Assembly: GCF_006345805.1 (NCBI RefSeq)
Contig: NW_021833066.1
Coordinates: forward strand, 1 to 64,000
DNA from: Octopus sinensis
Taxonomy: Eukaryota
Length of the DNA: 64,000 bases
Direction of reading: 5' to 3'
Part shown: piece by piece, positions 1-12,545 of the stretch
Numbering within the stretch: position 1 is the first letter of the stretch
Layout: every line of letters begins with the position of its first letter
The notes under the pieces: generated by a model
Told to the model about the DNA's origin: nothing
What the model saw: only the letters and a program-made list of their open reading frames with translations
Database searches by the model: none
Program-made: the position numbers and the translations under genes

Positions 1-274
1 CAATTATATATATATATATATATATACAACGGGTTTCCATACAGTTTCTCTTTACGAAATTTGCTCACAAAGTATAGGGCAGTTCGGGGCTACAGTGAAA
101 TACGTTATTTCTCAAAAGTGCCGCGTAATGATACTGAACTCTAGAGCATATGTTTCCGGGAAAAAATTTTATCAAAAAAATGCCTTTAAAGTTTAAACGT
201 ATACATTATGTAAATTATATGTATATATATATATATATATAATATTATATATATATATATATATATATAATATA

Positions 275-1515
275 TCAGTCATCCCATAAGTTCTGTCCGT
301 TATATTTAATTGAAATTTAATCATCAATATACTTTCCCTGATTTTCTATGATTTCCTTCCATCTGTTTACAAGCTTTTTAATCCCGTCAATGTAAAACTC
401 TTGGTTTCAAGGCGAAGAACTCTGAAATGTCAGTTTGGACCTCCTCCTGGCTTGCGAAAGTTATGTCCCCCAAATGATTCTGTAAACTACGAAACAAATG
501 GTAATCTGAAGGAGCAAAGTCGGGAGAATAAAGTGGATGAGGAATTTTTTTCCAACCAAGCTCTTTGATCTTCTGTGATGGGATCTTTGCAGCATGGGGT
601 CGCGCATTGTCCTGATGAAACATCACTCCTTTTCGATTCACTAAAGTGGGTCTTTTTTTCTTCAAAGCTTGGTTCAAGCACTCTAATTGCTGACAGTAGA
701 CTTAAGCATTGATTGTTGCATTAGGTGGTAACAATTCAAAGTGAATTACTCCTTTGCAATCCCACCAGATAGAGAAAACAACTTTTTCCCATGAAGTTCC
801 CTTCTCGGTTGTGGTTGAGCTTTTCCCTTTTTACCAAGCCACTGTTTACTTCGTTTAATATTTCTATAGAAGATCCATTTTTCGTCTCCAGTCACAAGTC
901 TATCCAAAAAGGGTGAAATGAGTTCGCGACAATACAGAGAAGAGCAGATGTCATCTCGGGATTTGCGGTTGCTTTCTGACAATTCATGAGGCACCCATTT
1001 TCCAAGTTTAGGAACCTTTCCTAGTTGTTGAAGATGACGATGAACAGTTGTATGGTTTGAACTAATTTTTATTGCCAATTCTTTAACTGATAATGCACGA
1101 TTTTCTTCAAGTAATGCCTCAAAGAGCTTATTATTAAACTCATCTAGACGCCCTATTCGATCTTTATCTTCAAGGCTGAAATTTCCAATTTTTGAATTTT
1201 GCAAACCATCTTTTGCAAGTTCTTTCATTCAAGCATTCTTTTCCATAAACTGAGTATATGTTTCGAGTCGCCTCGGCTGCAGAATTTCCTTTTTTTGTAG
1301 TCATAAAGCATTATGTGCCGGATACTTCCATGTTAGAAAGCGTTTTAGTCATAGAAATTTTAATTCTATTATTCTGTAAAATAATATTTAGTTAGTTTAA
1401 ATGTACACAAATGCATAATAATAATTTTTAATTCCATTAGACATTCTAAAATACTATTAAATTTCATTCAATCTTAAAAAAGGTAAAATCGGACAGAACT
1501 TATGGGATGACCTGA
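275..1515 (-). mobile_element. Full-length mariner (DD34D) DNA transposon with a frameshifted transposase
   Basis: TIRs: TCAG-TCATCCCATAAGTTCTGTCCG at 275-299 and CGGACAGAACTTATGGGATGACCTGA at 1490-1515, both flanked by TA. Minus-strand ORF pieces 746-1228 and 387-677 contain WVPHEL, TGDEKW, HQDNARPH and YSPDFAPSDYHLF. Confidence 0.95.
387..1331 (-). pseudogene. Mariner transposase pseudogene
   Basis: Probable ATG at 1331 (MEVS..., then RHIMLYDYKKGNSAAEATRNI after a frameshift). HTH and catalytic motifs are spread over several frames. Confidence 0.9.
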
Positions 1516-1521
1516 TATATA

Positions 1522-2218
1522 ATGGGTGGCCATAAAAACACACACCATCCTGCAATATGCGAAATTGCTAACAACCTCTTTTTTTTTCCCTTTTCACAAC
1601 TGCCAATATTACTCACAAACCAATCCTCATTGGATGAAGGTAGATAATCAACAAGGCGGGGGCAAGGTAATGGCGTGGAGTGGGAGTTGGCACAATCAAG
1701 TAATTGGACTATTTTATTTTTAGGGGTCTGTGACAAGTGATTTGCATCTGGACTAGCTTGGCAACAAAATGACGTCTTACATGCATTCACTTGAAAGGAC
1801 AAATCCTGTTTGGTTTCAGGAGGATGGGGCTCCACCCCATTATACATTACAAGTTCATGATTTTCTGAATTAACATTTTCCAGAGAGACGGCTCGGGCGT
1901 GGCGGGTCAATTGAATGGGCACCACAGTCACCAGATTTAACTCCCATGGACTTTTTCTCCTGGGGCTACATTAAATCCCTTGCGTATTCTGAAAAGATTC
2001 GTGACCAAGGACATCTTCAACAAATTGTTGAAGCGTGTGAACAAATCAACGGCAATGAAGGAGTATTTGAGAGGGTTCATCGTAATTTCAAATTCCGCTT
2101 GAACACTTGTTTAGAGCTCCATGGCCAACACTTTGAACATTTGTAGTGGATTACCTACTTCATTGCTAATAAAGTATACTTTATATCTCCCATGCTCCGT
2201 TACTTTGTAGCCACCCTG
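1522..2218 (+). mobile_element. Internally deleted Tc1/mariner-superfamily relic (C-terminal transposase half)
   Basis: Manual translation gives HNCQYYSQTNPHW, WFQEDGAPPHY and RGGSIEWAPQSPDLTPMDFFSWGYIK, ending FEHL at 2146. The right end reads CAGGGTGGCTACAAAG on the minus strand; the left end has only a weak GGGTGGC match at 1524. Confidence 0.8.
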
Positions 2219-2228
2219 TGTGTATATA

Positions 2229-2269
<41 letters not shown>

Positions 2270-3840
2270 TGAAATGGATAAATGAATTATCTTGTTACGG
2301 ATTATTCAAAATTTAACCGATACCTGGGTAGCAAAAATCACAACAGAAAAAACGCGGTTGAAGTTACGACCATGGGGTGTTGCAACCGTGCCTTAGCGCG
2401 GATAATTGAATTTTAATATATTTAGTGAAGGGAAGAAATGGAGCTGAACGAAGATTCTACAGAATTCCTTTTATTATTTTCTACACATGTTTCAAAGGCC
2501 GCAAATTTCCAAATTCGGATTGAATAAGGAAACCATTTTGCAGCTTTCTCTTCAGGAAAATCCAGGAATTTAAATCTCCAAACAAATGCGCAGCAAGCAA
2601 TTCGAACAAAACGCTCCTTAGGAGCCCATGGAATGGCACAAACTGTCTCTCAATGTGCGTTGACGTCAGGGGGGTGGGCCGACGAAAAAGTCCGTTGGAA
2701 TAAATCGAGGTCAAACTGCGGTCAAGCCTGGTAGGGGAAGAAATACTGAAAACCAAAGGGTATGAATATATTCTGTATAACTAATGTTAATGTTCGGATT
2801 GTTTTAAGAATTAAGGCTATCTTATTTAAGTGTGCGAACCTACCTACATGTATGTGTGTGTGTGCTAAATATATATATAAGAAAATAGTAAAGTGTGAAA
2901 AAACGACAGAAGGCTTAAATGTTAAAAAATATATATATTTGTGTCAAAATGTCGGGAGAATATTGGAAAATTTTTTTTTTTTTTCCCCTTTCCTTAAAAT
3001 GACATAATTTAAAAATTTTTTAAAGAAATTACCGGTTTCGCGTGTAGCTTTTCAAATTTCTTGTGACGTTATATTTATATTGCATGGAATTATCGTTGTT
3101 TTTATTTCCAGGAGATTTCTAAATAAGGGGAGGTAGTGAGTGATTTTTTCCGGTGTAGGGGAGATAATCGCTTAAAAAAATTTTTTTCCCTTTTCCTTGT
3201 TAATTTGTCTGTGTCAGTATGTTCGGATGGTTGAGTCTGGGTTTGTACTTTTCAATGAAGAATGTTTCCTTGTTCAGTCTCATTTGTGTTGATGATCCGA
3301 AAGCACATTGGTAAAATTGGAAGATTAAAAATTGTGGCAGTAGTTGCTTTGCGCATTTCTCAATGTGCTCACTAAAAGGTATCATTCTATATTGTGGGAA
3401 TGCAATCTGTTGTCGATGCAGTGTGCATCTGCGCCTGAGTGATAGTCCCGTGGAACCCACGTAGTCTTGGTGGCAGCCCGAGCATTTAATAACATAAATT
3501 ATGTTTTCAGTGGCACAAGTAAAGTTAGATTTGATCTTAAATTTCTGTCCCTCTTTAAAGAAGAATTCTGATCCTTCCAATAGGTTAGGACATGTTGCAC
3601 AGTTCGATCTACCACATTTTTTTACTTTTGCATCCGTAATTTTAGAAGACATTTTGCCTTTGTGAGAATCTTTTTAAGTGATTTAGGCTGTTTGTAGCTT
3701 TTAATGATTTGTGTATGTTTGAATTTCCTTAAATTTTGGGTTTTTATGAAGTATTGGTAAATTCTGGGTGATGATGGTGAAGGCTTCTTTGTTTCTGGGG
3801 TTGTATGTAGATATGTAAGGTAGTATTTTCGGGGAAGGTG
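2270..3840 (-). mobile_element. Inverted copy of the 3' part of the Penelope-like element (GIY-YIG + 3' UTR/pLTR)
   Basis: 2873-3840 is the near-identical reverse complement of 6228-7185. ORF 3200-3652 encodes the GIY-YIG domain (CGRSNCATC, IIYVIKCSGCHQDYVGST). The left boundary near the (TA)n is approximate. Confidence 0.88.
2463..2570 (-). ncRNA. Type I hammerhead ribozyme
   Basis: Minus strand reads AATTCCT GG ATTTTC / CTGAAGA / GAAAGCTGCAAA..TTTGCGGCCTTT / GAAA C ATGT GTA / GAAAAT AATAAA AGGAATT. All core nucleotides are present, stems I-III pair, and the predicted GUA cleavage is 3' of position 2482. Confidence 0.85.
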
Positions 3841-6800
3841 CACAATCTAATACTAAAATATACCGAGGGACAACCCCTCGATAATACATTGGATCACTGG
3901 AAGGATTCCTGTGAGAGAGAAGAGAGAAATTCTTTCCTACGCTGGGAGAAAAACATGGACTTCTTCCAAAAATATAGTGAAACCTTCAAAAATGAATTGG
4001 GTACAAATAATCCCTTCCTTAAGAAAATTACAATAAATAAAAAAGAAAAACCTAACAACCCACGAACAACCCCCAACTATCCTCCATACACTAAAAACAG
4101 AAATCACCCACAACCAACCTTTACAAACCACGCTAGACCTAACAGGGAACTAGCTGAAAGAGGACGCGTCTATGAAAGAATTACACCAAAAACAGAACAA
4201 ACCAACAACATCCTAATACCAGACCCAACCACCATACAGCACAATACGACACTAGGATAAGAAATACACCACACACAAATCACTACTACCCCATGAACCA
4301 AAACTACTGGTCCCCACTAAACACAAGACAAACGCAAAGAAACACTATGTCAAGCAACATCCCACATACAAGCAGTTCGAAACAAAATATTTCCCATACA
4401 GAAATTTTACACACACCACAAGCAATAACAACCATAGATTCCCACACACACACAACGATCGGAGGCAACAACCAACTACCACCACTCCCCCGACCAATAC
4501 CACACAACCTCACAGACAACTCATACAAACAAAATTACACCAACATTTTTTAGCCAGGGACCAGGGACACCAGGACACAGGCTGGAACCTAGTAATAAGG
4601 AAAAACCGAAGATAATCAATCTTTCAACCAAACCTCTTTCTAACATAAAAATTGACATCCTCGCAAAAGGGCTCAAATTTACACCAACTCCACGCAGAGC
4701 AAACCTAAATGAACTCAAGGATAATATAACAGAATTTTGCAGAAAATTAAGACTAGCAGAAGCATCAAACAGTTTCAAAACTGAAGATGAATCACTAGTC
4801 AAGAACAAAAGTGAACACATCCCACACAGAGGAAGAAATAAAGATCTTGACGAATTCTGTAACCACATTGAGAACTTCCCCTACCATACTATACATAAAC
4901 AGAAAGCTAACCCAAATTTTAACACTACACAATGGAAAGAACTGATAGAACTCCAAAATGATGAAGATATAACCATTAAGGAAGCGGACAAGGGAAATGC
5001 AGTTGTAATAATGGATACATCATACTACAGAAATCTTGTAATTTCCTTGCTTGATGAAGACCTACATTATGAAAAAATTACCAACTACACCCCACAAAAT
5101 ATAATGAAAACTCTATCTTCACTAATTAAAACCCATGGAAAGGAACTGACAACCAAAGAGATTGATTTCCTAACAAACTTTAAATGCAAACCTAGCCTTT
5201 TCTATGGTCTGCCAAAAATTCATAAAAGTCAAATTATAAATGAAACCATTAAAAAATCACCAAAGACATACATACACACACCTAATCCGGGGGACCTAAA
5301 ACTACGACCCATTGTAGCTGGCCCAACCTGTGAAACACACAGACTAATTCTACTTATGGACATCCTCTTGAAACCCTCCTTAAACATATCGATAGCCATA
5401 TCAGAGATGACTTAGATATGTTAAACCACCTTCCAAAAAAAACCAAGGAAGAAACAATCCTGGTTTCATTTGATGTAGTCAACTTGTATACCAGTATACC
5501 TCATAATTATGGACTGGAGGCAATACAATTCTGGTTAGACCAATTTCCGGAAGAAATACCAAAAAGGATCAGTAAGGAATTCATTACTAAATCAATTGAA
5601 TTCATCCTACACAATAACCTTCATGTTTGACAATACATTTTACCGTCAAAAATCCGGAATTGCTATGGGTACAAGGGCAGCACCAGTCATTGCGAACTTA
5701 ACAATGGGATACATGGAAATAATCATTTACCAGGAATCTCTATCAATCTTTGGAAACTCCCTCTCTCAATACATAAAAGAGAATTGGAAACGATTCCTAG
5801 ATGATTATTTCATTCTCTGGAATGAAAACATAGATAAACTCCTAAAATTTAAAAACCTATTGAACAGCATAAACCCAATATACAGTTCACAATGGAATAC
5901 AACCAAAAGGAGCTCCCGTTCTTGGATATATTAATTAAAAAAATTAACCTTAAAATAGAAACAGACATTTTTTACAAAGCCACAGACGCAAACAATACCT
6001 TCTTTTTAATTCATGCCACCCAAGACACACTAAAACAAACATCCCCTTCAACCTTGCAAGAAGGATATGCACAATAGTGTCAGAACAAAATACCAGGAAC
6101 TTTAGACTGCAAGAACTCAAAAACACCCTAATTGACAGACATTACCCAGCTCAACTTATAGAGGATGGGATCAGACGTGCAACAGAAATCAACATAGAAA
6201 CTTTAAGAAAAGTTCAACACAACAACACACCTTCCCCGAAAATACTACCTTACATATCTACATACAACCCCAGAAACAAAGAAGCCTTCACCATCATCAC
6301 CCAGAATTTACCAATACTTCATAAAAACCCAAAATTTAAGGAAATTCTAAACATACACACCAAATCATTAAAAGCTACAAACAGCCTAAATCACTTAAAA
6401 GATTCTCACAAAGGCAAAATTGTCTTCTAAAATTACGGATGCAAAAGTAAAAAAATGTGGTAGATCGAACTGTGCAACCTATTGGAAGGATCAGAATTCT
6501 TCTTTAAAGAGGGACAGAAATTTAAGATCAAATCTAACTTTACTTGTGCCTCTGAAAACATAATTTATGTTATTAAATGCTCGGGCTGCCACCAAGACTA
6601 CGTGGGTTCCACGGGACTATCACTCAGGCGCAGATGCACACTGCATCGACAACAGATTGCATTCCCACAATATAGAATGATACCTTTTAGTGAGCACATT
6701 GATAAATGCGCAAAGCAACTACTGCCACAATTTTTAATCTTCCCATTTTACCAATGTGCTTTCGGATCATCAACACAAATGAGACTGAACAAGGAAACAT

Positions 6801-7185
6801 TCTTCATTGAAAAGTACAAACCCAGACTCAACCATCCGAACATACTGACACAGACAAATTAACAAGGAAAAGGGGAAAAAAAATTTTTAAGCGATTATCT
6901 CCCCTACACCGGAAAAAATCACTCACTACCTCCCCTTATTTAGAAATCTCCTGGAAATAAAAACAACGATAATTCCATGCAATATAAACATAACGTCACA
7001 AGAAATTTGAAAAGCTACACGCGAAACCGGTAATTTCTTTAAAAAATTTTTAAATTATGTCATTTTAAGGAAAGGGGAAAAAAAAAATTTTTCCAATATT
7101 CTCCAGACATTTTGACACAAATATATATATTTTTTAACATTTAAGCCTTCTGTCGTTTTTTCACACTTTACTATTTTCTATATAT
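3841..7185 (+). mobile_element. Penelope-like retroelement (RT + GIY-YIG), 5'-truncated and frameshifted
   Basis: Motifs IINLS..KGLKFTPTP, IKEADKGNAVVIMD, FYGLPKIHK, LRPIV, SFDVVNLYTSIP, GIAMGTRAAP, WKRFLDD, LPFLDILI, then IIY..YVG nuclease (6482-6862). At least five frame breaks. Confidence 0.95.
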
Positions 7186-7219
7186 TCACCCACGTGCTTT
7201 ACCAAACAAACTTTCCTAT

Positions 7220-7270
<51 letters not shown>

Positions 7271-7358
7271 GTATATACATACGAGGGTCTTTCTCTTGTG
7301 TTGCTTCTCTTGTTTTCCATTTGTTTCTTCTTTCGTTGCTTGCAAAAAAAGAAAGCCC

Positions 7359-7418
<60 letters not shown>

Positions 7419-7521
7419 GGTATACATGTAGAGTATGTACGTATACATATGTATAGCATATAATATATTATATATAATATATATATTACACACACACATA
7501 TATATAATATATATATATACA

Positions 7522-7559
<38 letters not shown>

Positions 7560-8399
7560 TATATTATTATATGATTGAACGCAACGCATCCTTTTCCAAC
7601 TAAGTTTTATCTGAATAACTCCGATGCGACTCTTCTATTATTCTTTCGTTTTTTCTCTCTTCTCCCACTATTCCATCCTTTTGCTCTTTCGTTTTCTCTC
7701 TTCCTTTCTCTTGTTCTTTTGCCTCCTCTTCTCCCTCTATTCTATCCTTCTACTCTTTCGTTTTCTTTCTTCCTTTCTTTTGCCTCCCCTTCTCCCTCTC
7801 TCCCTCTTTTTCGCTCTTATCCTTCTCCAAATCTTTTCCTCTCCCCTTCACTGTTCTCTGATGGTTACTCTCTCTCCCTCATTCTTCCTCCTTTGCTCAC
7901 GTTGCCCCCAGATGACCATCAGTTATTCTCCTAACTTGTGTGCCTTTCTTTCTTCTTATTTTAGATGAACAGGGAAGATGTATTGTTCTCTCTCTCCTGT
8001 CCAGATTTGTTCCTTCGCGTTCGCCACCACAACCTCGTTTAGGCTTAACAGCCCTTCCTGTTTGTTTTCACTGTCCTGTTTTTGTCACTAATCTTAACCC
8101 TCCGCAAGATCGCAAATTCTATTTAATTTACTTTGCGGGAGCAACTGTTTGATCGAAGGCGTATCTTGTCGTGAATTGCTCGAAACACGGACTAGAAAAA
8201 CAGCCAACAACTGATGAAGGGCCGGTTTTATGTTGTTTGTTTTGTTTTCCATTTGTTTCCTTCGTTGCTTGCAAAAAAAGTCCTTATTCCATGTCCTCGT
8301 ACTTCGTAATTTTTTGTTTATGTTTTCTGACGTCCTGTGCCCACAAATGCATATGTATATGCGCATACATGTAAGTATGTACGTATACATATGTATATA

Positions 8400-8450
<51 letters not shown>

Positions 8451-8537
8451 TTTATATTATATATATATATACATATATACATATAATATATATCTATATG
8501 TATATAATTGTATATATATATATATGTATTATATATA

Positions 8538-8586
<49 letters not shown>

Positions 8587-8595
8587 ATATATATA

Positions 8596-8703
8596 AAGTT
8601 AATCCAAACAAGAAAATACAAAAAGAAACAAAAAACACAACAACGCGAGGACGTGGAACAAATAAAGTATTATTGGACGCTCAGGAAAGAAGGGAAGAAG
8701 GAG
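8596..8703 (+). repeat. Interspersed repeat fragment starting AAAGTTAAT(C/T)CAAACAAG directly after (TA)n
   Basis: The same start recurs at 38062 and 39314, each time right after a TA run. Family unassigned. Confidence 0.55.
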
Positions 8704-9319
8704 ATATTTCCTTCTATATTATGTATAAATTTCTGTACACTTATGTGCACCCTCTTACTCATATCTTTTTTATATTCATAACTCGCAGTACACCCCTATA
8801 AATTGAATACCTCTACGACCCTACTACCATTACATATCCTTCTCACACAATACTAAGCTAGATTATTACCTTTAAAATAAATTCGTATGTATACCTAAAC
8901 ACGTTTACCGTATAACCTGACACATCAATACTTCAATAAAATATACCCTTTTTATTTATTTACTCTTCTCTTTCCCAGCTCATTTATCTCCCTACATTTA
9001 TTGTTTTCTTTTCGTATTCCTATCTTTATTCCCTTTTTCAATTTCACTTTTTTACATCTTTAGAGTCACAGCAAATATATACTATTTTTATCGAAATATC
9101 AACAACTATTTTTCTGTTTTTACTTATTTTTTCTGCCTTATATTTAATACATACTAACGAATATTAGTTTTTATGCAAGCGTCCGTCTTTTTATACATCA
9201 TATTCTATCTTTAACCTCTCTATTTCTCCTACCATTTGTTTCCATTCTTTTTTTAGTTTCCGCTCAGAGCTGCGACCATGCTGATGCACCGCCGTTTTGT
9301 GCTACACTGTTATTACTAA

Positions 9320-9530
9320 GAGCCTCCTCTAATATGTGGCACTTGGTGAAGAATGGAGTTTGATATAGCTACCCTCATTTGCACCTCTTGCCGTGAGGTA
9401 GGTTCATCTGGGACTCTCGACAGGAAGAGGTCCAGCTTTGATTTAAAAACCGCTACATCTACTTTGTGCAAGTTCCTCAGACTCTTTGGGAGAATATTAA
9501 AAAGCTATGGGCCCTTGACCATTTCTAACA
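9320..9530 (-). mobile_element. CR1-like LINE 3' fragment
   Basis: Minus translation KGP*LFNILPKSLRNLHKVDVAVFKSKLDLFLSRVPDEP, typical of the CR1/L2 ORF2 C-terminus. Confidence 0.65.
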
Positions 9531-10091
9531 CATATTTTGTCCAACACTACTTATTTGGGGTTAAATTTTCTAATTTCCGTACTCATCTATAAAGGGAACC
9601 CTCTCTGATACCTCTTTACTCATATCTTCAAATAACCGTCATAGCCCTTAATTATGGTTAAATATCCAACATGACTCACATCTCTTTCTCACGAGTATAA
9701 AAATATGAAACTCCTTAATTTTTCTGCTAATTTCCTTCTCAAGTACTTTGTAGCTTTGTTTATATTTCCTACACTGAAGAGTACCTTGATATATTTAATT
9801 AATTTAATTGATTTATCTTAATTTAATTCTGTCATGAATTTGCATCTTTATTTTTATATCCCTGTACTAAACGATCGTCTGCAAGAATTAAACTTCTTAC
9901 ATATTGCTACAACTTGTCTCCTCCATTTTTAAGTAAATTTATGCTTTTTATGGGACTCTTTTCCATAAATTCACCATACATTATATAGAAGTATACACAC
10001 ACACACACACACACACAACACACACACACACCACACACACACACAACACACACACACACACACACACCACACACATATATATATATATATT

Positions 10092-10127
<36 letters not shown>

Positions 10128-11889
10128 CCAGACTATCGGATGTTGTTATCCATAGCTGGTCACATCTTGTTTTAGCTTTTCATTACTTTAATTTCAGTTT
10201 CCTTTCTTCCTCTTTTATTTTGTTTTATTTTTATTCGGTTTCATATTTTGGCAGACTGTCTTTTGAACTACTTTCCAACTGTTTTTTGACATGGCAAAGA
10301 AGGAACTTAAAAAGAAAAACTCTGTCTTAGAGTGGGAAATTAACCCGCCTAAGCAGTGGTTAAAAGATATGGAGGAGAAGATGATGGCGCTTAGAACTTA
10401 GTCTAAAGTTCTTAATTCCATCACCGTCTTCCCTAAACAAGTTATAAAAAATGAACTTAAAAACTATTTGTCCTCTTTAAAATATATATCCCGTGGTGTC
10501 AAACATGCAACCGTATGGTTGCTATTTGACAACGGGGAAAAGGCTCGCCAGTTTGCGAGTCAGCCTTTAGAAGGCAAGGAAATTCTGTTCCCCCCGTCAT
10601 ATTGCGGGAGGAAATTAATAAGAGCCTGAGAATGTGGGTTGCCCCCAGGCACCGAAGCGGATTGGATTGAAGATACCATTCGACGGGGACTGGGGGGTGG
10701 CGGGCCCAGTCTCTTAAATGTAAGGGTATTGCCGGCGGTCGATTGGGAAGGGTCAAAAGCGAATTTGACCCTGTGGACTCCATCGGCCGCAACAGATCTG
10801 GTTTTTCCAGATTTCTTGAAAATGGCTGGCTGCAGGTATCTGGTGATACTTGAGGGACGTCCCCCCAAGTGTCACTCGTGCCTGCAGCCAGGTCACATTA
10901 AAAGGAACTGCCCCCAGGACCATAGTAAGGTCTTGGAACAGTCACTAGATGCCACCTCCCCTACCCGGTCAAAAGGAAAGGTGGATGTGATCGGGGAGGC
11001 TTCAGCCTCCTCAACTCAAAAAGGATTAAAAAGGAAGAAGGCGGGCAACAATAGTTGCCCGTCGAAGGAACCTAAGACTTCGGGAGGCGAGGGAGAGTCT
11101 CCGGACAAAGCGGAAGAGCTCCACTCTCCCGAAGTCAGGAAGAAAAGAAAAAAAGAAGGAAGAAGAAAGGGTCATCTCAGCGGGGAGATGATGTGCCGTC
11201 TTCATGTCCCGAAGTTGTGCCACCCACGGTGGAAGAAACCACCCCCACCCTTAAAGATGATCAATTAATTATCTCTTTCTATAAGGGCGGGGAGGTGGAA
11301 AATATAGTAGAAGAATATAAAGAGACAGTAGATATGCCCTTCACACGGGATCCCGAATGGCCTCCGCAGATAGCTGTGGAGGTCATAAGGTTTCCCTTGT
11401 AGGAAAGGCTTAAAGAATTTGGGAAGGAGTGTCGCATATGGCCGGGTGGCCCTTACACGACTTACATGTCCTACATGAGTGAGGCATGGGAAATGGCGGG
11501 ATACAGGAACTCAAGCGGCATTGAAGACAATGATGAATATATCGATGGATATATCGAAGAGTAGGAGGTGAAAGACCCTCGTTATAGGGTTTGAAACCTC
11601 ATCTAATTGTATTATTTGTAGTAGTTTATAACCTCAATTGTGTGTTTTTTTTAAAAAAATATGTTAATAAGAGGTTTTAGTGCCTTCTTCTTGTAAGAGG
11701 TTTGAAACCTCATATTGATTTTTTTAAAAAAAGAAAATATGTTTTCGTGAAAAATCCAATCGGCGGGTGTTGGGATTCGTCTCTCATTTATTCATTCTAT
11801 TTCATTTTCATTCATTAATGTGTTTGTCCAGCCCGCAAAGCTACACAATCTTTGTACTGTCTATGATGACAAATTTTATGAAATAAAGT
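10128..11889 (+). mobile_element. ORF1-only (gag-like, CCHC zinc knuckle) non-LTR-type element
   Basis: ORF from ATG 10291 (MAKKELKKK...) with two in-frame stops and frameshifts, ending at about 11563. CHSCLQPGHIKRNC at 10870-10911, then a basic/acidic low-complexity tail, a T-rich 3' UTR and AATAAA at 11882. No ORF2 follows. Confidence 0.7.
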
Positions 11890-12255
11890 AGCTTGCTTAC
11901 CAACCAAATGGTTTCGGGTTCAGTCCCACAGCGTGGCACCTTGGGCAAGTGTCTTCTACTATAGCCTCGTGCCGACCAAAGTCTTGTGAGTGGATTTCGT
12001 AGACCGAAACTGAAAGAAGCCCGTCATATATATGTATATATGTGTGTATTTGTGTGTATATGTTTGTGTGTCTGTGTTTGTCCTCCCAACATCGCTTGAC
12101 AACCGATGCTTGTCTGTAACTTAGCGGCTCTTCAAAACAGACCGATGGAATAAGTACTAGGCTTACAAAGAATAAGTCCTGGAGTCGATTTGCTCGATTA
12201 AAGGCGGTGCTCCAGCATGGCCGCAGTCAAAATGACTGAAACAAGTAAAAGAGTA
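11888..12255 (+). mobile_element. SINE family B (tRNA-like head, internal TA/TG tract, AAAGAGTA tail)
   Basis: B-box-like GGGTTCAGTCCC, CCTTGGGCAAGTG, internal microsatellite, tail AAACAAGTAAAAGAGTA. Homologous copies elsewhere in the window. Confidence 0.85.
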
Positions 12256-12379
12256 TATTCACTTATTAATATATTTCTACCCTGTGTGTGTGTGTGCGTG
12301 TGTGTATACGTGCACGCTTCGTTTTTTTTATTTGTATTTTGAAATTTACAAAGATTTAAACTTATTGGTTTCAAATTGT

Positions 12380-12545
12380 GGCATAAGGCCAGCAATTTTG
12401 GAAGCTAAGTTTATTACATCGATCCCAGTGTTTCACCTGATACTTATTTTATCGACCCCGAATGAATTAAAAACAAAGTCAATCTCGGCGGAATTTGAAC
12501 TCAGAACATGAACACAGATGAAATGTCGCCAAGCAAGTTGTTCCT
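12380..12545 (-). mobile_element. SINE family A (alternative tail)
   Basis: Reverse complement of GTTCTGAGTTCAAATTCCGCCGAG..GGGGTCGATAAAATAAGTA with a GCTGGCCTTATGCC tail. Confidence 0.75.

Noticed and set aside
2481-2756. 91-aa ORF in the PLE 3' extension
   Set aside because: No recognisable motif; it overlaps the ribozyme and is probably incidental.
8140-8235. TGATCGAAGGCG..CTCGAAAC and CTGATGAAGGGCC hammerhead-like pieces
   Set aside because: The first has no intact core and the second has no downstream GAAA or stem; no full fold could be built.
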